Shown here in pieces: positions 26,401 to 38,073 of a stretch of DNA of 64,000 nt. The notes below the pieces were generated by a model. The model ran no database searches. It was not told the DNA's origin and worked only from the letters and a program-made list of their open reading frames with translations. The stretch is from Nemertoderma westbladi (taxonomy: Eukaryota; Animalia; Xenacoelomorpha). How positions within the stretch are numbered: position 1 is the first letter of the stretch; every line of letters begins with the position of its first letter. Made by a program: the position numbers and the translations under genes. The stretch is from the NCBI GenBank assembly GCA_032718475.1, contig JAUCBJ010008094.1, positions 95,770 to 159,769 on the forward strand, in the 5' to 3' direction.

Positions 26401-29400
26401 TAGGAACAGTCAGATACTAAAGGGAGGGCTTGGTTGGAACAGTCAGATACTAAAGGGAGGGGTTGGTAGGAACAGTCAGATACTAAAGGGAGGGCTTGGT
26501 TGGAACAGTCAGATACTAAAGGGAGGGCTTGGTTGGAACAGTCAGATACTAAAGGGAGGGGTTGGTAGGAACAGTCAGATACTAAAGGGAGGGCTTGGTT
26601 GGAACAGTCAGATACTAAAGGGAGGGGTTGGAACATTCAGATACTAAAGGGAGGGCTTGGTTGGAACAGTCAGATACTAAAGGGAGGGGTTGGTTGGAAC
26701 AGTCAGATATTAAAGGGAGGGCTTGGTTGGAACAGTCAGATACTAAAGGGAGGGGTTGGAACAGTCAGATACTAAAGGGAGGACTTGGTTGGAACAGTCA
26801 GATACTAAAGGGAGGGGTTGGTAGGAACAGTCAGATACTAAAGGGAGGGCTTGGTTGGAACAGTCAGATACTAAAGGGAGGGGTTGGAACAGTCCGATAC
26901 TAAAGGGAGGGCTTGGTTGGAACAGTCAGATACTAAAGGGAGGGGTTGGTTGGAACAGTCAGATACTAAAGGGAGGGCTTGGTTGGAACAGTCAGATACT
27001 AAAGGGAGGGGTTGGTAGGAACAGTCAGATATTAAAGGGCGGGGTTGGTTGGAACAGTCAGATACTAAAGGGAGGGCTTGGTTGGAACAGTCAGATACTA
27101 AAGGGAGGGGTTGGTTGGAACAGTCAGATACTAAAGGGAGGGGTTGGTAGGAACAGTCAGATATTAAAGGGAGGGCTTGGTTGGAACAGTCAGATACTAA
27201 AGGGAGGGGTTGGTAGGAACAGTCAGATACTAAAGGGAGGGCTTGGTTGGAACAGTCAGATACTAAAGGGAGGGGTTGGTTGGAACAGTCAGATATTAAA
27301 GGGAGGGCTTGGTTGGAACAGTCAGATACTAAAGGGAGGGCTTGGTTGGAACAGTCAGATACTAAAGGGAGGGCTTGGTTGGAACAATCAGATACTAAAG
27401 GGAGGGGTTAGTAGGAACAGTCAGATACTAAAGGGAGGGCTTGGTTGGAACAGTCAGATATTAAAGGGAGGGCTTGGTTGGAACAGTCAGATATTAAAGG
27501 GAGGGCTTGGTTGGAACAGTCAGATACTAAAGGGCGGGGTTGGTTGGAACAGTCAGATATTAAAGCGAGGGCTTGGTTGGAACAGTCAGATACTAAAGGG
27601 CGGGGTTGGTTGGAACAGTCAGATACTAAAGGGAGGGCTTGGTTGGAACAGTCAGACACTGAAGGGAGGGGTTGGTAGGAACAGTCAGATACTAAAGGGA
27701 GGGCTTGGTTGGAACAGTCAGATACTAAAGGGAGGGGTTGGAACAGTCAGATACTAAAGGGAGAGCTTGGTTGGAACAGTCAGATACTAAAGGGAGGGCT
27801 TGGTAGGAATAGTCAGATATTAAAGGGAGGGCTTGGTTGGAACAGTCAGATACTAAAGGGAGGGGTTGGTTGGAACAGTCAGATACTAAAGGGAGGGCTT
27901 GGTTGGAACAGTCAGATACTAAAGGGAGGGCTTGGTTGGAACAGTCAGATACTAAAGGGAGGGGTTGGTAGGAACAGTCAGATACTAAAGGGAGGGCTTG
28001 GTTGGAACAGTCAGATACTAAAGGGAGGGGTTGGAACATTCAGATACTAAAGGGAGGGCTTGGTTGGAACAGTCAGATACTAAAGGGAGGGGTTGGTTGG
28101 AACAGTCAGATATTAAAGGGAGGGCTTGGTTGGAACAGTCAGATACTAAAGGGAGGGGTTGGAACAGTCAGATACTAAAGGGAGGACTTGGTTGGAACAG
28201 TCAGATACTAAAGGGAGGGGTTGGTAGGAACAGTCAGATACTAAAGGGAGGGCTTGGTTGGAACAGTCAGATACTAAAGGGAGGGGTTGGAACAGTCAGA
28301 TACTAAAGGGAGGGTTTGGTTGGAACAGTCAGATACTAAAGGGAGGGGTTGGTTGGAACAGTCAGATACTAAAGGGAGGGGTTGGTAGGAACAGTCAGAT
28401 ATTAAAGGGAGGGGTTGGTTGGAACAGTCAGATACTAAAGGGCGGGGTTGGTTGGAACAGTCAGATATTAAAGGGAGGGCTTGGTTGGAACAGTCAGATA
28501 TTAAAGGGAGGGCTTGGTTGGAACAGTCAGATACTAAAGGGCGGGGTTGGTTGGAACAGTCAGATACTAAAGGGAGGGCTTGGTTGGAACAGTCAGATAC
28601 TAAAGGGAGGGGTTGGTTGGAACAGTCAGATACTAAAGGGAGGGGTTGGAACAGTCAGATACTAAAGGGGTTGGAACAGTCAGATACTAAAGGGAGGGCT
28701 TGGTAGGAACAGTCAGATACTAAAGGGACAGACAGATACTAAAGGGAGGGATTGGTAGGAACAATCAGATACTAAAGGGAGGGGTTGGAACAGTCAGATA
28801 CTAAAGAGAGGGGTTGGAAGGAACAGTCAGATGCTAAAGGGGCTTGGTTGGAACAGTCAGATACTAAAGGGAGGGCTTGGTTGGAACAGTCAGATATTAA
28901 AGGGAGGGGTTGGTTGGAACAGTCAGATACTAAAGGGAGGGCTTGGTTGGAACAGTCAGATACTAAAGGGAGGGGTTGGTAGGAACAGTTAGATACTAAA
29001 GGGGGGTTCAGATACTAAAGGGAGGGGTTGGTAGGAACAGTCAGATATTAAAGGGAGGGCTTGGTTGGAACAGTCAGATACTAAAGGGAGGGGTTGGTTG
29101 GAACAGTCAGATACTAAAGGGGGGGTCAGATACTAAAGGGAGGGGTTGGTAGGAACAGTCAGATATTAAAGGGAGGGCTTGGTTGGAACAGTCAGATACT
29201 AAAGGGAGGGGTTGGTTGGAACAGTCAGATACTAAAGGGAGGGGTTGGTTGGAACAGTCAGATACTAAAGGGAGGGGTTGGAACAGTCAGATACTAAAGG
29301 GAGGGGTTGGAACAGTCAGATACTAAAGGGAGGGCTTGGTTGGAACAGTCAGATACTAAAGGGAGGGGTTGGTAGGAACAGTCAGATACTAAAGGGAGGG

Positions 29401-32400
29401 CTTGGTTGGAACAGTCAGATACTAAAGGGAGGGGTTGGTTGGAACAGTCAGATACTAAAGGGGGGGTCAGATACTAAAGGGAGGGGTTGGTAGGAACAGT
29501 CAGATATTAAAGGGAGGGCTTGGTTGGAACAGTCAGATACTAAAGGGAGGGGTTGGTTGGAACAGTCAGATACTAAAGGGAGGGGTTGGTTGGAACAGTC
29601 AGATACTAAAGGGAGGGGTTGGTAGGAACAGTCAGATACTAAAGGGAGGGCTTGGTTGGAACAGTCAGATACTAATAAAGGGAGGGGTTGGTAGGAACAG
29701 TCAGATATTAAAGGGAGGGCTTGGTTGGAACAGTCAGATATTAAAGGGAGGGCTTGGTTGGAACAGTCAGATACTAAAGGGAGGGGTTGGAACAGTCAGA
29801 TACTAAAGGGAGGGCTTGGTTGGAACAGTCAGATACTAAAGGGAGGGGTTGGTAGGAACAGTCAGATACTAAAGGGAGGGCTTGGTTGGAACAGTCAGAT
29901 ACTAAAGGGAGGGGTTGGAACAGTCAGATACTAAAGGGAGGGCTTGGTTGGAACAGTCAGATACTAAAGGGAGGGGTTGGTAGGAACAGTCAGATACTAA
30001 AGGGAGGGGTTGGAACAGTCAGATACTAAAGGGAGGACTTGGTTGGAACAGTCAGATACTAAAGGGAGGGGTTGGTAGGAACAGTCAGATACTAAAGGGA
30101 GGGCTTGGTTGGAACAGTCAGATACTAAAGGGAGGGGTTGGAACAGTCAGATACTAAAGGGAGGGCTTGGTTGGAACAGTCAGATACTAAAGGGAGGGGT
30201 TGGTTGGAACAGTCAGATACTAAAGGGAGGGGTTGGTTGGAACAGTCAGATACTAAAGGGCGGGGTTGGTTGGAACAGTCAGATATTAAAGGGAGGGCTT
30301 GGTTGGAACAGTCAGATATTAAAGGGAGGGCTTGGTTGGAACAGTCAGATACTAAAGGGCGGGGTTGGTTGGAACAGTCAGATACTAAAGGGAGGGCTTG
30401 GTTGGAACAGTCAGATACTAAAGGGAGGGGTTGGTTGGAACAGTCAGATACTAAAGGGAGGGGTTGGTAGGAACAGTCAGATACTAAAGGGAGGGCTTGG
30501 TTGGAACAGTCAGATACTAAAGGGAGGGGTTGGTAGGAACAGTCAGATATTAAAGGGAGGGCTTGGTTGGAACAGTCAGATACTAAAGGGAGGGTTGGTT
30601 GGAACAGTCAGATACTAAAGGGAGGGCTTGGTTGGAACAGTCAGATACTAAAGGGAGGGGTTGGTTGGAACAGTCAGATACTAAAGGAGGGCTTGGTTGG
30701 AACAGTCAGATACTAAAGGGAGGGGTTGGTAGGAACAGTCAGATATTAAAGGGAGGGCTTGGTTGGAACAGTCAGATACTAAAGGGAGGGGTTGGTTGGA
30801 ACAGTCAGATATTAAAGGGAGGGCTTGGTTGGAACAGTCAGATACTAAAGGGAGGGGTTGGAACAGTCAGATACTAAAGGGAGGGCTTGGTTGGAACAGT
30901 CAGATACTAAAGGGAGGGGTTGGTAGGAACAGTCAGATACTAAAGGGAGGGCTTGGTTGGAACAGTCAGATACTAAAGGGAGGGGTTGGAACAGTCAGAT
31001 ACTAAAGGGAGGGCTTGGTTGGAACAGTCAGATACTAAAGGGAGGGGTTGGTAGGAACAGTCAGATATTAAAGGGAGGGCTTGGTTGGAACAGTCAGATA
31101 CTAAAGGGAGGGGTTGGTTGGAACAGTCAGATATTAAAGGGAGGGCTTGGTTGGAACAGTCAGATACTAAAGGGAGGGGTTGGAAGGAACAGTCAGATAC
31201 TAAAGGGAGGGGTTGGAACAGTCAGATACTAAAGGGAGGGCTTGGTTGGAACAGTCAGATACTAAAGGGAGGGGTTGGTAGGAACAGTCAGATACTAAAG
31301 GGAGGGCTTGGTTGGAACAGTCAGATACTAAAGGGAGGGGTTGGAACAGTCAGATACTAAAGGGAGAGCTTGGTTGGAACAGTCAGATACTAAAGGGAGG
31401 GCTTGGTAGGAACAGTCAGATATTAAAGGGAGGGCTTGGTTGGAACAGTCAGATACTAAAGGGAGGGGTTGGTAGGAACAGTCAGATACTAAAGGGAGTG
31501 GTTGGTTGGAACAGTCAGATATTAAAGGGAGGGCTTGGTTGGAACAGTCAGATACTAAAGGGCGGGGTTGGTTGGAACAGTCAGATACTAAAGGGAGGGG
31601 TTGGAACAGTCAGATACTAAAGGGAGGGCTTGGTTGGAACAGTCAGATACTAAAGGGAGGGGTTGGTAGGAACAGTCAGATATTAAAGGGAGGGGTTGGT
31701 TGGAACAGTCAGATACTAAAGGGAGGGGTTGGAACAGTCAGATACTAAAGGGAGGGCTTGGTTGGAACAGTCAGATACTAAAGGGAGGGGTTGGTAGGAA
31801 CAGTCAGATATTAAAGGGAGGGGTTGGTTGGAACAGTCAGATACTAAAGGGAGGGGTTGGAACAGTCAGATACTAAAGGGAGGGCTTGGTTGGAACAGTC
31901 AGATACTAAAGGGAGGGGTTGGTAGGAACAGTCAGATATTAAAGGGAGGGGTTGGTTGGAACAGTCAGATATTAAAGGGAGGGCTTGGTTGGAACAGTCA
32001 GATACTAAAGGGCGGGGTTGGTTGGAACAGTCAGATACTAAAGGGAGTGGTTGGTTGGAACAGTCAGATACTAAAGGGAAGGGTTGGTAGGAACAGTCAG
32101 ATACTAAAGGGGGGGTCAGATACTAAAGGGAGGGGTTGGAACAGTCAGATACTAAAGGAGTTGGAACAGTTATATACTAAAGGAGTTGGAACAGTCAGAT
32201 ACAAAAGGGAGAGGAACAGTCAGATACTAAAGGGAGGTGTAGGAACAGTCAGATACTAAAGGGAGGTGTAGGAACAGTCAGATACTAAAGGGAGGGGTTG
32301 GAACAGTCAGATACTAAAGGGAGTGGTTGGTTGGAACAGTCAGATACTAAAGGGAAGGGTTGGTAGGAACAGTCAGATACTAAAGGGGGGGTCAGATACT

Positions 32401-32536
32401 AAAGGGAGGGGTTGGAACAGTCAGATACTAAAGGAGTTGGAACAGTTATATACTAAAGGAGTTGGAACAGTCAGATACAAAAGGGAGAGGAACAGTCAGA
32501 TACTAAAGGGAGGTGTAGGAACAGTCAGATACTAAT
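20403..32536 (+). repeat. 12-kb G-rich 29/33-bp minisatellite derived from the exon end plus donor
   Basis: Unit CAGTCAGATACTAAAGGGAGGG(G/C)TTGG(T/TA)..GGAA versus the genomic junction CAGTCAGATACTAAAAGGAGAG|GTAGGAA; several hundred copies with 21-, 24-, 29- and 33-bp variants. Confidence 0.97.
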
Positions 32537-32619
32537 GGGGGAATATGGACAGTCTTCGGACCTGATATTTGTTCATTTTAATGTTGATTTCCTTCATAAT
32601 AATATACATTATTACACGA

Positions 32620-34821
32620 CTAAACTAGACTGTTCCAAAAATTAGTTTTCGTTTTAAAACACGCCCATCTATGCTCGCGACGGCTTATCGGAACACCATT
32701 ATCTATCTTCAACGTAAACATAGGATTTTTAAAGTCGCTCTTGTCGCCATAGGCAACATGTAGATGGTTCCCATGGAGATTAACAACACCCATAGTCAGA
32801 GGAGGCAGGGCGATGTCAAACACAGGAGGATCGAGCCAATGTTTACAGGTGAACTCGACTCGATTACAGACGTTCCAGATCTTCGGACCGAGTTGATGGA
32901 ACACCAGTTGGTTCCATCCGAGTGCGTCGTTACTGACGAACCGGCACCCGGCGCCGCTCATAATAGCCCCGTAGACGACATACCCGTCGTCATAGACATC
33001 GTTGGGGACCAGGAAGTACTCACAGTCGGTGCCCTCCACGGACCACTGCATGTGCCGCCGTGTCACAATGAGAATCCGCGACCCGCCTCCGTCGCCCCGG
33101 AGCTGATGCGCTCGTCGCAAGGCTCGCACCAACGCAACCATCTTACCGGGTCCGTACGGACCTCGATGTTCGCCGTACTCGTATTTCGTTAGCTTCCCTC
33201 TCGTTAATCCAACATGCGAATTCGATCCGCAGTACTGCACATTCAGTCCGTCTATGATGTAGTCGTATTTGGGGTCAGCGTCGTTAATAAACTGGTGGAA
33301 CTCATCGAATACTCGAAGAGATCTTCCTCTTCTATCCTCGATTGTCGCCGCTTTCCCGGGCACCGATTTAGGTACGAATATATCCGATCTCATCTTCGCC
33401 AACATCGATTCCAGAAGGTCTGAAGTTATCAGTTGGTCCGGCGTCGGTAGAGGGGCGTCGCAGAATCGGCATCGAGTCGACGCGTCCTGCACGCTCCGGT
33501 TTATTTGCGGTTCGTTCGCCAAACCAGAACCCACGAGGGAGCTGATGAGCAGCGGGAAACTCCTCTCGTCGAATAAGTAACCGGTTTTCCGCCAATGGGT
33601 GAACAGATGAGAAAGAATGTAACGCCGTAACTCGGTAGGAAGATTGGTCTGTAGGAAAATGGGGCTTTGTTCGGAAGCACTATGGACTGAAGGTTGAAGG
33701 ACTCGCAAAGACATATCCACCATGGATTTAGCTGCATCCGGGTCGGTGTGTTTCGAAGCAGTTTCAGCGACAAGGAGTAGAAGACGACTGCTAACAGACT
33801 GAGTCGGAATGTGAGTGTCGATCTCCGCTCGAACTTTCTCAAACTTATCGATAAGTTCGATGGATTTCCTCCAATGGGAATCGAGTTCGCATAGAAAAGG
33901 CACAGCTACGGAGAGAATACCGATATTGACAGGAAGACCAACATTATTATAATCTTCCAAAGCCTTCAAAAATGTTTCATTATCATTCTGTTTAACCAAG
34001 AACCTGAAGTAAATGGCATAAAGTTGGTTGAGATTACCTCCCGGTACTTCCTCGCTATTGGTAGAGAGGTACGAAATTAACCAGGTCAGACTGTGTTTGT
34101 ATCCCAAGACGGAAAAACATTCAGCGAGTAAGGACAACCATCCTGCATGTTGGCGTCCTTTCATTGCCCCCGAGAGCAGCTCCGGATCCTTATATTTTTC
34201 CTCGTCTAGATTGTCTTCCGGTAACACCGCCTGTAAATAAATCGCTGATTGCTCTGTCGTCTTTAATAGGTCTTCCGATTTAATTTCTTCTTCGGTTTCT
34301 TCATCAGCGACAAGCGGTTGATTGTTTCGGAATGGTTTACGGTGATGCTGGTAAGGTTTCCTTTGGCTTTGGCTAGGAGACATATAGTATGGTTCATATT
34401 TACTTGGCATATGGTATGATGGTTCCCTTTGGTACCGGTACTGTTTGTTTTCGAGTTTGTATTGGTCCTTTCTATTTGGTTCGTTTTTATTTTGTTGAGA
34501 TTCGTATTGGCCATGGTTTGGTTTCCGTTTTCTATAAATTTCGTTTGGGTAGAGATTGCTTTGATTCGGGTTTTCTCTTTGCTTGGAATAAGATGCAAAT
34601 ATCTGTGAGTTTTGTAGTGATGGCCGTAACAGTAACTTGTGGTCCCGCTGAACATGGAAGTGCGTACTAATACAAAGCATTGCGTTTGGCGGATTAATTG
34701 AATGAAAATTATGAAAATACTTAGAGGTGAAACCACCGATCAATCGATTACTATTACCGATACAAATACTCTTCATCGAGGTTTTGATCACTGCTCCAGA
34801 AACATTGAGTTTGTGAAACAT
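32620..34821 (-). CDS. PRORP: Mitochondrial proteinaceous RNase P catalytic subunit (MRPP3), intronless, nested in DYRK intron
   Basis: 733 aa. Basic, acid-poor N-terminus (transit-peptide-like), helical PPR-like region, CRFC plus HLH and WAC zinc ligands, NYN motifs YIIDGLNV, YDDGYVVYGAIMSG, CRFVSND. Candidate ATTAAA poly(A) signal at 32577-32582 (minus). Confidence 0.9.
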   Translation of the reverse strand: MFHKLNVSGAVIKTSMKSICIGNSNRLIGGFTSKYFHNFHSINPPNAMLCISTHFHVQRDHKLLLRPSLQNSQIFASYSKQRENPNQSNLYPNEIYRKRKPNHGQYESQQNKNEPNRKDQYKLENKQYRYQREPSYHMPSKYEPYYMSPSQSQRKPYQHHRKPFRNNQPLVADEETEEEIKSEDLLKTTEQSAIYLQAVLPEDNLDEEKYKDPELLSGAMKGRQHAGWLSLLAECFSVLGYKHSLTWLISYLSTNSEEVPGGNLNQLYAIYFRFLVKQNDNETFLKALEDYNNVGLPVNIGILSVAVPFLCELDSHWRKSIELIDKFEKVRAEIDTHIPTQSVSSRLLLLVAETASKHTDPDAAKSMVDMSLRVLQPSVHSASEQSPIFLQTNLPTELRRYILSHLFTHWRKTGYLFDERSFPLLISSLVGSGLANEPQINRSVQDASTRCRFCDAPLPTPDQLITSDLLESMLAKMRSDIFVPKSVPGKAATIEDRRGRSLRVFDEFHQFINDADPKYDYIIDGLNVQYCGSNSHVGLTRGKLTKYEYGEHRGPYGPGKMVALVRALRRAHQLRGDGGGSRILIVTRRHMQWSVEGTDCEYFLVPNDVYDDGYVVYGAIMSGAGCRFVSNDALGWNQLVFHQLGPKIWNVCNRVEFTCKHWLDPPVFDIALPPLTMGVVNLHGNHLHVAYGDKSDFKNPMFTLKIDNGVPISRREHRWACFKTKTNFWNSLV

Positions 34822-35309
34822 AATTACACAAAATAAAAGATTTCAGACTTTCACATTTTAAATAGACAGACAGTTATTTCCAATTGCAATTGCGGTACAC
34901 TTCCGCTACCTTACCGGCAGTCGGGCACTTTGTCAATATTGACATGTTGTCAATATTGACATGATCCATGTCAAAATTGACATGATGTCAATATTGACAT
35001 GTTTTGATCATAAATTTTTTAAATATTGTGATTTGAAAAGTAGAAAATGTTTTTTTGTAAAGAGAATATCTATTTTAATTAAAATATTGTTGTATCCAAC
35101 CAATGTATATTGTTGTTTGTAATAATTTTAATGATATGTTTTATTTCATGTCAATATTGACATCTAATGTCAATATTGACATGAACGCTGGGTTCTTATG
35201 TTCATTTCAACCCCACCAAATCTATTTAGAGGCCTTCAAGCAGTCAAGTAGCATCACAAATACTGAAACGAACTGTCAAAACGCTTTAGTTAGAGACATT
35301 CTTGCTGAA

Positions 35310-35985
35310 TTTTAAATACTGAAAAGAGCTTTTGAAACTATTCAGAGGGTATCATGTGTCATGAGAAAAACTGAAAAGAACTGATAAAACTGCCCAGGGG
35401 CCTTCGCACAGTTTGAAAAATACATAAAAGATCTCTCAAAGCTGCTCAGAGACCTTTGTGCAGCATGATAAACGCTGAAAAAAGATTTTGAAATGAAACT
35501 ATTCAGAGCTTTGTGCAGCATGATAAATGCTGAAAAGAGCTGTTAAAACTGTTCGCAGCATGATAAATGCTGAAAAGAGCTGTTGAAACTGTTCAGAGGT
35601 CTTCGAGCAGCTTGAGAAAGACTGAAAATAAGTTTTGAAACTTTCAGGCCTTCGCACAGAATGTGAAATACTGAAAAGAGTTGATAAAACTGTTCACAGA
35701 GTTCTCCATGCAGCATGATAAATGCTGAAAATAACAGCTTTGAAATTGTTCAGATGGCTTCGTGCAACATGAGAAAAGCTGAAAATTGCTGTTGAAAGTT
35801 ATAAAACTGTTCAAAGTCCTTCATGCAGCATAAATGCTAAAAAATAACATTTGAAGTTGTTCAGAGGGCTTTGTGCAATATGAGAATGCTGAAAATAGCT
35901 GTTGAAACTGTTCAGATGCCTTCGTGCAGCATGATAAATGCTGAAAAGGGCTTTAGAAACTGCTAAAAGGCCTTCATGCAGCATG
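35310..35985. repeat. Degenerate ~60-bp tandem repeat
   Basis: Recurrent TGCAGCATGATAAATGCTGAAAAGAGCTGTTGAAACTGTTCAGA. Confidence 0.75.
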
Positions 35986-35994
35986 GCATGATGC

Positions 35995-37090
35995 ATGTGT
36001 CTGCACCACTGTATGCACCAGTGTCTGCACCACTGTCTGCACCAGTGTCTGCACCACTGTCTGCACCAGTGTCTGCACCACTGTCTGGACCAGGTGTCTG
36101 CACCAGTGTCCGCACCACTGTCTGCACCAGTGTCTCCACCACTGTCTGCACCACTGTCTGCACCAATGTCTGCACCAGTGTCTGCACCACTGTTTGCACC
36201 AGTGTCTGCACCAGGTGTCTGCATCACTGTCTGCATCACTGTCTGCACCACTGTCTGCACCAGGTGTCTGCAACACTGTCTGCACCACTGTCTGCACCAG
36301 TGTCCGCACCACTGTCTGCACCAGTGTCTGCACCAATGTCTGCACCAGTGTCTGCACCACTGTCTGCACCAGTGTCTGCACCACTGTCTGCACCAGTGTC
36401 TGCACCACTGTCTGCACCAAAGTCTTTACCAGTGTCTGCACCACTGTCTGCACCACTGTCTGCACCAGGTGTCTGCACCACTGTCTGCACCATTGTCTGC
36501 ACCAGTGTCCACACCACTGACCACTGTCTGCACCAGTGTCTGCACCACTGTCTGCACCACTGTCTGCACCAGGTGTCTGCACCACTGTCTGCACCACTGT
36601 CCGCACCTCTGTCTGCACCACTGTATGCACCAATGTCTGCACCACTGTCTGCACCAGGTGTCTGCATCACTGTCTGCATCACTGTCTGCACCAGTGTCTG
36701 CACCACTGTCTGGACCAGGTGTCTGCACCAGTGTCCGCACCACTGTCTGCACCAGTGTCTGCACCAATGTCTGCACCAGTGTCTGCACCACAGTCTGCAC
36801 CAGTGTCTGCACCAGTGTCTGCACCAAAGTCTGCACCACTGTCTGCACCAGGTGTCTGCACCATTGTCTGCACCAGTGTCCGCACCACTGTCTGCACCAG
36901 TGTCTGCACACTGCACCACTGTCTGCACGACTGTCTGCACCAATGTCTGCACCACTGTCTGCACCAGTGTCTGCACCAGTGTCCGCACCACTGTCTGCAC
37001 CACTGTCTGCACCAGTGTCGGCACCACTGTCTGCACCAGGTGTCTGCATCACTGTCTGCTCTGCACCACTGTCTGACTGTCTGCTCTGCA
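35995..37090. repeat. 12-bp minisatellite (TGTCTGCACCAC/G)
   Basis: Direct reading; produces SAPL/CLHH/VCTT spurious ORFs in all frames. Confidence 0.95.
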
Positions 37091-37427
37091 CTAGTGTCTG
37101 CTTAACGTTTACACCTCAAAATTAATTTGTACAACACGATGGACAGATTGATTAGTCTTACTGTCTTTCTGGTCTTAGCTCAATCAGTCAATGTAATACT
37201 TGGAATATTTAGCAAATTTTGCTCCGGGCTTCTGTAGTACAGTTAGGGACAACAGCCATATATGGACATAACAATGTAGCCAAAAATTACAATAATTTAT
37301 AGTTGATGCAGCCAAATAATATAAGTGATTCATATATTTGCAGCCAATTTTGGCTAGATTTACAGAAGAGCTCCAGCCAAATCACTACATCAAAATTATT
37401 TTAAATATAGATGTGTAGTTAGTGATA

Positions 37428-37873
37428 TGTATGGGGCGCCATTGATGCCAATACAGCAATACCCCTATGACTGTATGAGGGAGAGGTGGAGAGGTGTGTA
37501 ATTTTGTCATTGTCAGTAGTACTCCTGTACTCAGTCAAGTCAATAGCAGCAATCTAGATAAGAAATGTCAGCTGTATAGTTTTGGCATGTTTGGAAAGAC
37601 AATTTCCATCTAAATTTATTGGAATCAACGGCAACTGTGCTTTTTCAGCTTTCAGGCAATTTATCTGTCAGATGAGCCTTGTCAGCCTGTATTCTGAACA
37701 CTTCCACCCACCTCTACGCCGTAAAGGTGGGCATAAGTGTTTTCTGCTCCACTTAATGCCCACCTCATCTAGCTCGTCACATGGGTGGGTAAGAGAAACA
37801 TTCAAGAGTTGCAGCGCCCACCTAACACCCTAACGTTTTGATAGGGGTATTGGTATCAACGGCGCCCCATACA
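37428..37873. mobile_element. MITE-like foldback nested in 37240-39597
   Basis: TGTATGGGGCGCCATTGATGCCAATAC ... GTATTGGTATCAACGGCGCCCCATACA (2 mismatches); no TSD seen. Confidence 0.65.
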
Positions 37874-38073
37874 GCCACAGATTTACACCAACCAACCCCC
37901 CCCCCCCCCCCCCACCCTCAACGCCCAAGGTACAGTACATATGTTTTAAGTCTGTAAGTCAAGAATGAACTGCAGAATTGTAGAAATTGGTCTACTTAAC
38001 CTACACTATATAACTACTGTATAGCAGTATACTTATTGTATATCTGTATAAGAAGTATATTTTGGGCATTAGA

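Noticed and set aside
20425-32536. Repetitive GWNSQILKGG / EQSDTKGRGW ORFs as a DYRK C-terminal extension
   Set aside because: Frequent frameshifts and stops; a phase-compatible terminal exon with LPPI exists at 40368.
35811-37125. Cys/His-rich or antifreeze-like ORFs
   Set aside because: 12-bp repeat open in all six frames inside a transposon.
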